A stretch of 64,000 bases of DNA from Macrostomum lignano. Lineage: Eukaryota. Both the position numbers and the translations under genes were made by a program. The notes beneath the pieces are model-generated. The model saw nothing but the letters and a program-made list of their open reading frames with translations, searched no databases and was not told the DNA's origin. Position 1 is the stretch's first letter, and each line of letters opens with the position of its first letter. The stretch is taken from assembly GCA_002269645.1 (NCBI GenBank), contig NIVC01000317.1:1-64000 (forward strand), in the 5' to 3' direction. Of the stretch, positions 36,806 through 49,872 are shown piece after piece.

Positions 36806-39800
36806 TTAGCTCTGATCGAGATCGCCCTGCAGGCGGTGGTATTCCCGCAGGCGGAGCGCGTTAATCCGAATGAAGCCTTCAGCGTCCCGAGGCTCATAGT
36901 TGCCCTGCACGTCCATGCTGACCAGCTCCTGGTTGTACAGACTGAACTCCGAGTCTCTGGCGGTCACGTGCACTCCGCCCTTGAATAGAGACAGCTGCAC
37001 GGTGCCGGAGACACGCTCTTGGGATCTGGTGAGCGAATAGCGGGAGAGAATCTAAGGAAACAGTCTTATATTGATTGTTACGAGCGGAACGGAATATTTA
37101 GGAAGATCTGATAACAAAAACCAAAGATTAGTCGCAGAAAGGATTGAATGTTTTTGACAGTCTATAGCCTAACGCCTGCCTTGTTACTCTGGGAGTCTGT
37201 CAGTTCAATTCACCAATCAGTTTGGTCCCTCTGCGAGTTAGTCAAATTACTCTTCAAGTGTGCCGGGTCTTTGTAAGTCTGTCATTTTGTTCCACTAATA
37301 CTTTGGTCACTAAACTAACTATGATCACTCCACTAACTCATAGGTCACCTCTACAAACTCTTTGGTCACTTCACAAACTCTTTAGTCACTCCACAAACTC
37401 TTTGGTCACTCCACTAACTATTTGGTCACTCCACAAACTCTTTAGTCACTCCACAAACTCTTTTGGTCCCTCCACAAACTCTTTAGTCACTCCACAAACT
37501 CTTTGGTCACTCCACTAACTATTTGGTCACTCCACAAACTCTTTAGTCACTCCACAAACTCTTTTGGTCCCTCCACTAACTATTTAGTCACTCCACAAAC
37601 TCTTTAGTCATTCCACAAACTCTTTTGGTCCCTCCACAAACTCTTTAGTCACTCCACAAACTCTTTGGTCACTCCACTAACTATTTGGTCACTCCACAAA
37701 CTCTTTAGTCACTCCACAAACTCTTTGGTCACTCCACTAACTATTTGGTCACTCCACAAACTCTTTAGTCACTCCACAAACTCTTTTGGTCCCTCCACTA
37801 ACTATTTAGTCACTCCACAAACTCTTTAGTCATTCCACAAACTCTTTTGGTCACTCCACAAACTCTTTGGTCACTCCACTAACTATTTGGTCACTCCACA
37901 AACTCTTTAGTCATTCCACAAACTCTTTTGGTCCCTCCACAAACTCTTTAGTCACTCCACAAACTCTTTGGTCACTCCACTAACTATTTGGTCACTCCAC
38001 AAACTCTTTAGTCACTCCACAAACTCTTTTGGTCCCTCCACTAACTATTTAGTCACTCCACAAACTCTTTAGTCATTCCACAAACTCTTTTGGTCCCTCC
38101 ACTAATTTTTTGGTCACTCTACTAACTCTGGTGACTCCACTAATCTTTTGGTCATTTATTTACTAAAATTTACTAAATGACTAAATTTAATATTAGAAAA
38201 ACTTTTTTCTGCAGCTATTACAAATTTAAAGGATTGCTTTAAAAATGAAAGATTCATAAACTTTACGTTAAAAAGGAATTTATAGTTTAAGTTGATTAAC
38301 GAATGAAAAATATAGTTTGAAATTACGATAGTCCAATTATGCCAATTGAAGTAAAGTAATACAACCCCCCCCCCCCGATCCACCTACCGCTTGATGCAGT
38401 CGCGCAGGAATTTACACTCGGGTGAGAACCAGAAGCCTCTGTAGACCTGCTCGCCAAAGTCCAACGCCAGCCGTTGCTTGATGCGTCGCAGCTCGCGGTC
38501 CATCGTCAGCACCTCGATGTCGATGTGAGCCTGGCGCAGGATTGTACCAGCGGGGGTCTCGTAGACTCCGCGACTCTTCATGCCGATGAACCGGTTCTCC
38601 ACGATGTCAACACGGCCGATGCCATGCTCGCCGCTGCAACGAGCCATTTCGGTTGAGGCTTTGGTCACTCAGCCGGGCAATTTGGTCACTCTACCTAGCT
38701 GTTTGGTCACTCTACCTGGCTGTTTGGTCACTCTACCGGGCTGTTTGGTCACTCTACCTGGCTGTTTGGTCACTAGCTGGCTGTTTGGTCACTCTACCTG
38801 GCTGTTTGGTCACTAGCTGGCTGTTTGGTCACTCTACCTGGCTGTTTGGTCACTCTACCTGGCTGTTTGGTCACTAGCTGGCTGTTTGGTCACTAGCTGG
38901 CTGTTTGGTTACTAGCTGGCTGTTTGGTCACTAGCTGGCTGTTTGGTCACTAGCTGGCTGTTTGGTCACTAGCTGGCTGTTTGGTCACTAGCTTTCTGTT
39001 TAGTCACTCTACTGGGCCAATTTACTCTGTGTGGCTCTGCTTACGATGGGAGTCTGTTTGCCTCTCATCTATATCAGCAAGCCTTTCCAAGTACAATTCT
39101 GCACAAAGAAACAAAGCCACGAACCCAATCTTGTTCAAGTAGGTGTACAGCTCCAGACTGCCTGTGATCTCCTCTCCCGTAGTCAGGTTTTTCACCTTCA
39201 CCGGGATACCCTGCTCGAAGCGGATGGAAATCCTGACGGCCTGATCGGGCGCCTCAGCTGGGCTCTTCGTCATCGTGCAGAGGTCCTGCGGCGCCTCCAC
39301 CTTCGGGTCCTCCAGAATTCCCGACTCGTAGCTGGTCAGGTCAGGGTTTGGTGCGAGTTGCGGCTTATTTCTGACTGAATATTCTCTCCGGTCTTTCTCG
39401 GCTCTCTCCCTTACTTAACCTCTCCTTTCTCTCCCCTGTCTCTCTTCCTCTCCCGTCTCTCTTCCTCTTCCGTCTCCTTCTATCCCGTCTCCCTTCCTCC
39501 CTGTCTGCCTCTCTCGTCTCTCCCTCTCCCGTCTCTCCCTCTCCCCTGTCTCCCTCTCTCCCGTCTCCCCCTCTCCCCAGTGGGTCGCTTTCACAAGCGC
39601 TAATTTTTATAACCGCTAACGACATTGACTTTCACAAGCGCTAAATTTCACAAGCGTAGCTAATGTGAAGTTTAGCGCTTGTGAAAGTAGGTGAGTTAGC
39701 GCTTATGAAAATTAGCGCTTGTGAGGCCTCCCCTCCCCAGTCCCCAGTCTCCCTCTCTCCCTGTCCCTCTCCCTCTGTCTCTCGTGTCCCTCTCTCCCTG

Positions 39801-41805
39801 TCCCTCTCTCCCTGTCCCTCTTCTCCCCTGTCTCTCTCTCTGTCCTTTATCTTCCCTTCTCCCTTGTCTTCCCCCTGCCTCTCCCCCATCCCCCTTCTGT
39901 GGCTCCCGGGCAGACCCGTGGCGCACCTGATATGCATGAGGTTGCCGTCCATGCTCCATGGCGACTTAGGCGTCACCGGCAGCGGGATATTGTGCGCCTT
40001 GGCGTACTCGAACAGCGCCTGCCGGCCAGCGAATCTCTCGTAGAACTCGGGCAGCCGCCAGGGCGACACGACTTCGACTTGAGGACACAGGGCGTAGCTG
40101 GCCAGCTCGAATCGGATCTGGTCGTTGCCTTTGCCTGTGGCGCCGTGGCTCACGTGGCTGGCGCCCTCCTCACTGGCCACCCGGATGATGCCGCTAGCGA
40201 TGCAGGGCCGGGCCAGGGCTGTGCCGAGCAGATACCTGCAGAGGGCGGGGGCAGTTGCCTGCTGTCATGCTCGAAACTTAGGAGCGCTAGTCAAGGACTG
40301 CTTAAGTCAGGGTTCGGCAGACTTTTTACATGTTCCTCACGGGCCAGGTGAAGAATCCAGCTCATGGCTGCGGGCTAGATGAGAGTGGAAAGGAGAGGGA
40401 ATAGATGAGAGATGAGATAAGAGATAAGAAAGAAGATAAGAGGAGAGAAGACGAGAGAAGAGATAAGAAAGAAGATAAGAGGAGAGAAGACGAGATAAGA
40501 GATAAGAAATAAGATAAGAGGAGAGAAGACGAGATAAGAGATAAGAAAGAAGATAAGAGGAGAGAAGACGAGATAAGAGATAAGAAAGAAGATAAGAGGA
40601 GAGAAGACGAGATAAGAGATAAGAAAGAAGATAAGAGGAGAGAAGACGAGATAAGAGATAAGAAAGAAGATAAGAGGAGAGAAGACGAGATAAGAGATAA
40701 GAAAGAAGATAAGAGGAGAGAAGACGAGATAAGAGATAAGAAAGAAGATAAGAGGAGAGAAGACGAGATAAGAGATAAGAAAGAAGATAAGAGGAGAGAA
40801 GACGAGATAAGAGATAAGAAAGAAGATAAGAGGAGAGAAGACGAGATAAGAGATAAGAAAGAAGATAAGAGGAGAGAAGACGAGATAAGAGATAAGAAAG
40901 AAGATAAGAGGAGAGAAGACGAGATAAGAGATAAGAAAGAAGATAAGAGGAGAGAAGACGAGATAAGAGATAAGAAAGAAGATAAGAGGAGAGAAGACGA
41001 GATAAGAGATAAGAAAGAAGATAAGAGGAGAGAAGACGAGATAAGAGATAAGAAAGAAGATAAGAGGAGAGAAGACGAGATAAGAGATAAGAAAGAAGAT
41101 AAGAGGAGAGAAGACGAGATAAGAGATAAGAAAGAAGATAAGAGGAGAGAAGACGAGATAAGAGATAAGAAAGAAGATAAGAGGAGAGAAGACGAGAGAC
41201 GAGAGAATGGCGATAAGGGAGAGAGGAGAGGGGAAAGGAGAGGGAATAGATGAGAGACGAGAGAAGAGATAAGAAAGAAGATAAGAGGAGAGAAGACGAG
41301 ATAAGAGATAAGAAAGAAGATAAGAGGAGAGAAGACGAGAGACGAGAGAATGGCGATAAGGGAGAGAGGAGAGGGGAAAGAGGAGAGGGGGAGAGGAGAG
41401 GAGGGAGAGGAGAGGGGAGAGAGGAGATAGCATACATACTACTTGCATACTACTGTCTCTACCCTATATGTACGTAGCTCTAATATATTTGGCAGCGCAG
41501 AAATTTGGAAATATTATTTGCACTATTTCCTGCCCTCACCTATCCTCATAGATGGCGTCAGCCTGCACGGCCGGGAAGATATAGTTATCAACGAAGTCCC
41601 TGCGCAGGTCCAGGCACACGTATTTGATAGCGCCCAGCGACAAAGCCTTCTGCTTGGCCGCCTCGAAATCGTCATCCTGGCCAACATCGGCCGTGAATGC
41701 GATCACATCGTAGCCTTGCTCGATCAGCCAAACTAGAATACACGACGTGTCCAATCCGCCGCTGTAGGCTAGAACAATCTTCTTCTTTGGCTGATTAGCG
41801 CTCAT
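36806..41805 (-). CDS. ASS1: Argininosuccinate synthase, 415 aa; exons 41805-41540, 40235-39927, 39331-39125, 38633-38388, 37025-36806
   Basis: [97 protein letters not shown]; phases consistent, total 1248 nt. Confidence 0.97.
37300..38150. repeat. ~21-nt minisatellite (TTTGGTCACTCCACAAACTC variants) in ASS1 intron 4
   Basis: About 40 variant copies with higher-order patterning. Confidence 0.95.
38660..39015. repeat. 19/21-nt minisatellite (TTTGGTCACTCTACCTGGCTG / TTTGGTCACTAGCTGGCTG) in ASS1 intron 3
   Basis: Tandem copies switching from the 21-nt to the 19-nt unit. Confidence 0.95.
39591..39724. repeat. Small imperfect palindrome (possible tiny MITE) in ASS1 intron 2
   Basis: TCACAAGCGCTAATTT ... 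AAATTAGCGCTTGTGA with internal copies of CACAAGCGCTA; no TSD recognised. Confidence 0.6.
40400..41420. repeat. 39-nt polypurine minisatellite (GAGATAAGAGATAAGAAAGAAGATAAGAGGAGAGAAGAC) in ASS1 intron 1
   Basis: About 20 perfect copies plus degenerate edges; explains the [13 protein letters not shown] ORFs. Confidence 0.97.
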
Positions 41806-44800
41806 TGTGATACTCTTATTGCTGTAGTAATAACAAGTTAATCTACGTCAGGTGAAAACTGGATTTTTGGGGCGCACTCTGTGAGTCACAAGAGCTAGGG
41901 GGCACTTTTATACCTCAGTAAGAAACTTCCAGGCCTCCGGTTCCAACACAAATACAATCTGTACATTTCTCTCACTCCCCAACCCCCTCCCCGCTCTGCG
42001 CCAGGGTAAATTAAAGGGGGAATGGAGGGGGTGGTGGGTGCAGCGATAAAAGAACGGAGTGAATGTACATTCCACCGGCCCAGTGTACACTCCCGACCCG
42101 AACGAATCCGATGGAATCGTCCAGTGGAAATTATAAAAAAGCATTAAGTCCATTGCGACAGCTGTCGAGTCTTCGTATTATACACACAATAGATTAGTGT
42201 AGCACGTATAGCAGTTTTGATTTCTGAAGTTACTGAGGTGAATGTATAACAGTAATAAGTTACCAGATATACGCGCTCCTACCAAGGAATAGCAGCCTTA
42301 AGCAGGAGCAATTAAATACTACGAGCTAGGTTCGGTGAAGTAGCAATCCACGCAGACCTGTGTTATGTGCAGTTGTCATCATTGATTTTTTTAGTTGTCC
42401 CTGCAAGTTAAGCACCGGGTGTAGCAGCCACTAAAGCACATTTACCTGTATTGGGGGTCACTGAAGGACGATGGGTTATCCAAGGTTAACTTGGATAACG
42501 AAAAGTGGAAGCCAAAGAAACATAAAATTCAATCTGGCACCAAGCTAAGATTGTTTACATTAGAACATGCAAATGCGTCATTCAAAGTAAATAATTTGAA
42601 GAGCGACAGACTGCATGACACCCGATTGAACTTCGAGATTAAAACCCGCTGCCTACCCCTAAGAATAATTAAAGTGCCTAACGAACCACGGTCTTAAAGA
42701 ATGGCCGTTAGGGTGAATAGAGTTGAAATCGACCTGAAGAGTTTCGGAATTTTGAAAATTGCAGGCAATCAAAAACTTAAGCCACTTTGGCGTCTTCCCG
42801 CACACAAGTTTAATGCCGGCTAATGGTTATTGTAAATATTTCATAATCTCTCCGTAAGTGAATGGCGTATCCAACGATGCCCGATGGTAAACCAACCTCA
42901 ATCCCAAATTTTCACAAACCAACCTTTGGCTTATGACGAGAAATAACGAAGTCAAAAGATGAATACAAACAAATCGAAACATAATTAAGTGAAATGAAAT
43001 CCTATAGGTGACACCTTGAGACAGAAGAGCGCATCAAAAGAAAGCAACGACAGACAATTTAAAGGGTGCGCGATTTATTGATTCAATTTATTGACGGCTT
43101 AATAGTTTTGCAGCCTCTTCCCAGATGACGACCTCGACCTGCTTATTCGAAAGCAAATAATATACAGTTCATTTACACATCGACAGATTAACTACAGAGT
43201 CCGCGCCAATAGTGGGATTAATTATATATTTATATCTAATATCCAAACTAAAAGTTCACCACAGACTGACAGGCTTGTCGCGAAATGAAAAAGCTTTGAG
43301 TTTTTTAATTGATTAAGAACTTATTAACAAAGTAAATGTAGTAAAAATGGTTGAAAAGCTAAGCGGTGGGAGGTTGGCAGTAAGGACAGGGGAGCCAGCC
43401 AATGAAAGTGGCGCTAGGTGGGGTAGAGAATGAAAGCAATGTACATTACAGAATGTACACGCACTGTGTGAGCTAAAATTGGCCGATTGCAAAAGGTCAG
43501 GGTGGGATGTGGTGGGTGTATTTGCTTATCCGGAGCTAAAAATAGCAACACTAGAGTTAATAATGTACGGTTCATGTACATTGTACATGTAGGGCGAATG
43601 GTTTCCGTTTTATGAAGGATTCACCCACAGATTACAGATTACTAAAAATAATTACCGACAGAATGCGACAAGTCTGTTAGTCAGAAGCCTCATTGAAACA
43701 ATTTTACATTTTGCTCAATTATTATACTCGTATATCCGGCTCACATAGATGTGAACTTCATTCACTATTTCCCAATATATAGTGAAATGAATTCAGTTCG
43801 ACTGCTTTGACCCTAGCAATTCTTGAAGCTTCATAATTAGAGTAAAAATGAAGCTTAAAGGATGAAAAACCGCTTGAAAAGATCAAATTTAGCAAAGCCA
43901 AATTTAACGCTGTATTGATTTTGTCCGCTCAAAAACTCGACTATTCTTTAGACAGCTCAAGCCATTCCTAACTCCCCCCCCAAGGCGCTCAGCCGCACAG
44001 TTAACAATAATGAAAATAATAAATTGACAAAAAAGGTGTGCCGGTTAAAATGAAAAGCTAAAAAAAAAACACGCACACACAAAATCCCGCTAAGGACAGA
44101 AAGCAATAAGGGTACTTACATCAGTGAAGGAAAACCAAAGGAACACAATTAACTAATTTAGATTATATAGCACACACTGCAGATAAGCCCGCAGACTGAG
44201 CTGCTCCCGCTACAATCGGATAAAGACCAGTTACTGTATAAATAAGCACGTAAAATTTAATATATGTTCATTCAGTCTATAGTGTGGGTGCATCGCGCAT
44301 TTAGCAAAGTTGTATTCATTTTTTTCTAATTAGAAGCGGAGCACATTAGTGATAATAATAACAAATAAACAAATAAAAAGGAATAATACGACAGGAGCAG
44401 AATAAACTAGACACGGCTAAAGCGATCTCTCATACGCGAGTTTATTGTTTGATAAATAAACAAATTTTTAATCAAATTTTCGAGCTGAGGCTAAGGGAGG
44501 GCTTAGGTGCAATGTTATACACGCGGAGAGACAGCGGCACATGCTACTGTAAGTAGCCATACACTTTTTGCTCTATTCAAGAATTTCGGGACAATTTTCT
44601 CTCTGAAATAAAAACCTGAACAAACAAGAGGGGATTCGGGAGAGGGGGTAGCGGGGCCATTCTGGGACGAACAGGACAAGGTGCCGTCTATAACTTATTG
44701 CTTTGTTATCTGTTAGATTAGACCGAAGCGGAAATACAGAGCTAAATAGACAGTCGCTTCGTGATTGGCTGAGGAGGGCAGGCGACGAAGGGGGCTCAGT

Positions 44801-44854
44801 CAGATGGACAGACAGTCTGACATGCTGGAGCTGGCAGGTTCGGACAGCCATTCC

Positions 44855-47800
44855 TTACAGCTTTTCAACCTTGCTGGACACAACCACTGGGTTGGCCTTG
44901 CGGATCTCCTCCTGGCCGAGGCTCTGGTAGTCAAAGTCGCACTCGTGCTTGTCGCTGTAGCGATGGATGGCGCAGTAGACACCGCCGCAGCGACACTCGA
45001 AGCCTGGGGTGCGGGAGGAATGGGCCGGTGAGGTGGGTCACTGGCTGTGTGCGGTGAGTCACTGGCTGTGTGCGGTGAGTCACTGGCTGTGTGCGGTGAG
45101 TCACTGGCTGTGTGCGGTGGGTCACTGGCTGTCTGCGGTGTGTGGTGACTGCGTTTAGCTTTCTGTGCAGAGTGGGGGATGGGGGGCTGTCTCTCTCTCT
45201 CTCTCTCTCGGATTGTACTCGCGCATGTGCGTACTCTGGAGCGCGAACACGACAGAGGTAGCGGCTGATTGGTCAGCCTAGTCAGGCTGGAAAATAAACT
45301 GGTATTTATTGAGAGAGCTAGGCTTGGCCAGCTCTAAGATTCCTCTCTGCAAGCCACACAGACTTTGTTACACGGTGGGTCACTGGCTGTGTGCGGTGAG
45401 TCACTGGCTGTGTGCGGTGAGTCACTGGCTGTGTGCGGTGAGTCACTGGCTGTGTGCGGTGAGTCACTGGCTGTGTGCGGTGGGTCACTGGCTGTCTGCG
45501 GTGGGTCACTGACTGAAGAGGCTGAATGAGGCAAAACAATGTGATATTTTCATTCTTACAAAACCAGCAGCCCGACACTTACCTGTCAAGCCGGTTTTCT
45601 TCTTGCACACTCCGCAACGATTGCGCTGCTTCTGCCGCGGCTTGTCCTCGGCGACCGGCTTTGCGACCGACTCTGACTCTGCAATTTGGGGGGTTGGCGA
45701 CCTGGATAGCTGCACACCTCCCCCCTTACCTGGGAGATCCGCTCCCTTCCTTAGGATCCGCTCTCTCCTTCACCTGGGGGATCCGCTCTCCGTCACCTGG
45801 GGGATCCGCTCCCTCCCTCACCTGGGAGAGAGCATTCCATCAGTCTATCTCTAACATTCCATCAGTCTATCTATAACATCTATGAGTCATTTCTAAAATT
45901 GTATCAGTCATCTAGCACTCATATTATTATTATATATTATACTATTATTATTATTATTAAATGGGTACCAGCATTAGCTGGGGTAATTGAGGGTGTGTGG
46001 CGACCCCCCAGTCCTTGGACTGAACAGCCATACGCAGCCTTCAGATGCGCCGCGCAATAGCTGCGGCTGAGCTGTCGGTTGCTCATCTGCCCATCAGAGC
46101 AGGTGTAATCAATTATTATTATTATATTGCAATACTAAAGCCAACTGACTTACCAGCGGCTTTTGAAGAGACGGCCTCAGCAACGGAGCGGGCGGTAGCG
46201 GCCTCCAGCTGCTCAACGGCGGACTCAGACGATGGAATGGAAGATTCTTCCAGCTGCTCAGCCTCCTTAGCCTTGGCGAGGATTGGCTCGCCAGTTGTCT
46301 CGACATCGTTTGCGGCAGTTGTAGCAGCGGCGGCCGGTTCCAGAAGTAGAGAGGCTGAATAGAAAGCAATAAATAAAATTAAAATGGGTCCAAATACAAA
46401 AACTTTTAGCAACTTTTCCCAGTCCAACTGTAAGCAAACGGAATTGTACTTTTTCAAACACAACTTGGCAACAACTGTGAAAAAAATAATAAACACCCGC
46501 TCTCCATCTCTCTTATGCGTTTAATCTGTGAACTTTGGTCACGGATACGGATGCTAAAACACTGTATGGGTGTCCAGTTGCTAACGGCATAGCTTCTGTC
46601 TATGGCCAAAACCGACAAATTTCTGAGGGTTGCATTGCAAAACCCGATAGCAACAAGTACTCGGTATGCCCAGGATGAAGTAGGGATAAAAAGGGGGAAT
46701 AATTTTCTTAGAATTGCATTGTTAGCGAGTGACCTATTTAGTGCCTTTAAAAAATTTGATTAAAAAAACTGGTATCAACGATCCGCATTGCTTGGATATT
46801 AAATGCTTGCTATTTTTACAGCATCTCAGCTGTTTAGCGCCCAGCAACTGCTGCGAATCAAGTTCGGTGCCAGTGCGTTTCCTGTCGGACAACTGGACAG
46901 GCCTGTCTGGCTGCTCGGACGGAGAAGCGGCGGCGGAGGCGACACCGGACTCTGAACTCCCGAAAACAATGCAAAATTTGCTTGCTTGTTGAAAATTTCT
47001 GTCAGAAATCAGGCATTTAAATACTTGACACCAGGTTTGTGTGTGAGCAGATTAGCGTCCAGTTGCAGCCTGTCTGCTCTCGACAGGATCATTGTGAGCA
47101 CTCCATCCGTGTATCTCATATTGTACATGTTTCTGTCACTCTACCCATGTATCTGTCACACAGCTCTCACACTACCCATGCATCTGTCACTCTACCTATG
47201 CATCTGTCACACTACCCATGCATCTGTCACTCTACCAATGCATCTGTCACTAGCCATGCATTTGCCACTCTACCAATGCATCTGTCACTCTACCTATGCA
47301 TCTGTCACTCTACCTATGCATCTGTCACTCTACCAATGAATCTGTCACTCTATCCATGCATCTGTCACTCTACCAATGCATCTGTCACTCTACCAATACA
47401 TCTGTCACTCTACCAATACATCTGTCACTCTACCAATGCATCTGTCACTCTACCAATGCATCTGTCACTCTACCTATGCATCTGTCACTCTACCTATGCA
47501 TCTGTCACTCTACCAATGCATCTGTCACTCTACCAATACATCTGTCACTCTACCAATGCATCTGTCACTCTACCAATACATCTGTCACTCTACCCGTGCA
47601 TCTGTCACTCTATCCATGCTCCGACTTACAACCCATTCTCTGCCCATGAAGTTGCGATATTGATAAATAAAGTTGCAGAAGTCAGTAAAAGTTCCCAGCC
47701 ATACCTGATGAAGCACTCAGGACGGCTGCAGCAGCCACGGCGGCAGTTACAGGCTTTTGAATTTTTTCATTGTCCTGCTTTTGCTTCTCTTTTTGGTGCT

Positions 47801-47912
47801 CCTTGTAGCAGACGCTGCACATTCCGTCAAACTGGGTCAGGCCATAGAAGCCACAGCCGATCTTGCACAGATTGGCCGCTATAGTTGACTCCTGGTCTTC
47901 ATTGCCAGACAT
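44855..47912 (-). CDS. ZFAND5/6: A20/AN1 zinc-finger protein (ZFAND5/6 family), 261 aa; exons 47912-47705, 46951-46820, 46354-46154, 45678-45583, 45003-44855
   Basis: N-terminal A20 finger [10 protein letters not shown]...MCSVCYKE; C-terminal AN1 finger [39 protein letters not shown]...IRKANPVV...KVEKL; total 786 nt in frame. Confidence 0.94.
45033..45512. repeat. Two blocks of a 21-nt repeat (GTCACTGGCTGTGTGCGGTGA) at ~45033-45150 and ~45375-45512 in the last ZFAND intron
   Basis: The same unit and the same start and end variants occur in both blocks. Confidence 0.93.
47130..47620. repeat. 20-nt minisatellite (CATCTGTCACTCTACCAATG) in ZFAND intron 1
   Basis: About 24 tandem copies. Confidence 0.95.
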
Positions 47913-49291
47913 TGTTAATGAGGCCAACTGTGCTGCAGTATAAATTAGCAAAAAATCATCATTCAGTATTTTTAGCTTTGATTGCTTTATATATACAGAA
48001 TATAAAAACTATTAAAACTATAGAAGACACATTCTTTTCTTTATTGTGAGGCAAATGTAAACTTTTGAGTTATAAATTTTGATACTTTTATATAACTATT
48101 TCTTGCTTAAAAATCTATAATTCTATGCATTATGAGGCTTATTATTTTAAATAAACTATACTATAATAAAACAGAATTAGTATTTAATAGGATAGTAAGT
48201 CAAAAGGACTTCCATTTTCTTTGGCAAAGCTAACTAACCATCATAGGTATTCAACAAGAGATAATGGCCAATAGCTGAAAGGTCATAAGGGGGGTTCTAA
48301 AATGTGATAACTTAATGCTCATAATGATTGCCAGGATGTCAAGGCTTATAAAGAAATTGCTAAAAGGTTATAGCTCTTCTAAAAGGAATTCTCTAAGATT
48401 CTAAGGCTCATGGAGGGAGTTGCTACAATTTCATGGCTTATAGGGGGCTTAATAAAATTCTATGATTTTATAGGGGGCTCCTGTGGGAATTGCTGCAGTA
48501 TAAATCAAGATCTAATATATTAGGCTAGATAGTTGGCTATTAGGATAGATAATATTTTGCTTTGAATATCCATTTTTAAAGAAATTAACTATAGTGAATA
48601 AAGGTCAAAATCTATATTTAGTTAGTTGTCTCTTAAATTAGGGGTGCAAATAGCTAATGTGAAGTATACGAGCTTTATATATTAAAATTATAACTATAGT
48701 ATTTAATATTAGACACAATTTTGCATTTCTATTTTATTTTTTTATCTTATATCATATAGCACTTACTCTTATCTTACTTTTCTTAACTCTTAAGACCCAA
48801 TCTTAAATTTTAGGAAATTATATAAAAAGCTGACTTCCAATTTATCTATCAAGATAGGGATTGAGATTATAATTAGACTAACTAATATTGCTGTAGGCTT
48901 ATAGAATCAAACAAAGAATTATATTATAAGTCAAACATTTATCATTGGAATTAAACTAGTTTGTTTATATATTTTAGTACCATAGTTTCTAACTACAGAT
49001 TTATAATTAATTATTTTAATAATAGTTTATAATTTCTATAATATAGATTCTATAATCTATAAAATATTGTTATTATAGTATAAGCCTAGTATAAACATAG
49101 TATATATGACTGTTGCAAAATCTAGGCCTAGCCCTAAGGCTAATATTAGCAAAATACAAAAGTACTATTAGGTAATAGCCAATAGAACAAAAAATCATAA
49201 ATGTCTTATTCCAACTGCCTATTCTAGATATTATCATTTTTTAATGTAACTTATAAGTCTAAAGTACTATACAATAAAATGTATTAATTTA

Positions 49292-49872
49292 CAATGGGTA
49301 TCCCAAAAGTTCCCAGAATCTTTGCTTTAGCTCCTCAGTACCTTGACCAACTTCTATGTTTTTATAACATATCAAACTAAAGATACTTCTTCAATGAAAA
49401 AATTGTCATTTGAATTTCCTTTTTATCTTGTTTTGGCTTTGGGTTAGGCTATATGTATGGAGAAATGGAGAAAATTTTTCTATGGAGAAAGCTCATCTAG
49501 AAACCTTAGCCAAAAGCAAGCACTTGGTATGGTTGTATAGAATAAGCAAATACTGGCACCACTATATCTGATTAGCAATTTTACTGGTTTCATCCATAGA
49601 CATTTCCACATATTTCTGACAAATTCAAACTTGAATTTAGCAGAAAATGATGATGGAAAAATGACATCACAGACATTCAAGGTTGTGTAACATTAGTGCT
49701 GACCTTCCTTTATATTTCTTGGTATAACTCAAAACAGAAACAAGATAGAAAGGAAATTCAAATGACTTTTTTTCGTTGAAAAATTATTTTTAGTTTTACA
49801 CAAAACATAAAAATTGGTCAAGGTACTGAGGAGCTAGAGCAAAGATTCCAAGAACTTTTGGAACACCTCTTG
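49292..49872. mobile_element. Old Tc1/mariner-type MITE (~580 bp) with ~150-bp degenerate TIRs and TA TSD
   Basis: TA|CAATGGGTATCCCAAAAGTT...CTCCTCAGTACCTTGACCAA versus TTGGTCAAGGTACTGAGGAG...AACTTTTGGAACACCTCTTG|TA. Confidence 0.8.

Noticed and set aside
40337-41448. 366-aa and 357-aa Leu/Ser-rich membrane-like ORFs
   Set aside because: Translation of the 39-nt array within ASS1 intron 1.
43264-43682. Short inverted repeat pair (GACTGACAGGCTTGTCGC / GCGACAAGTCTGTTAGTC) as a possible MITE
   Set aside because: Only ~16/18 matching bases, no TSD, no second copy in the window.
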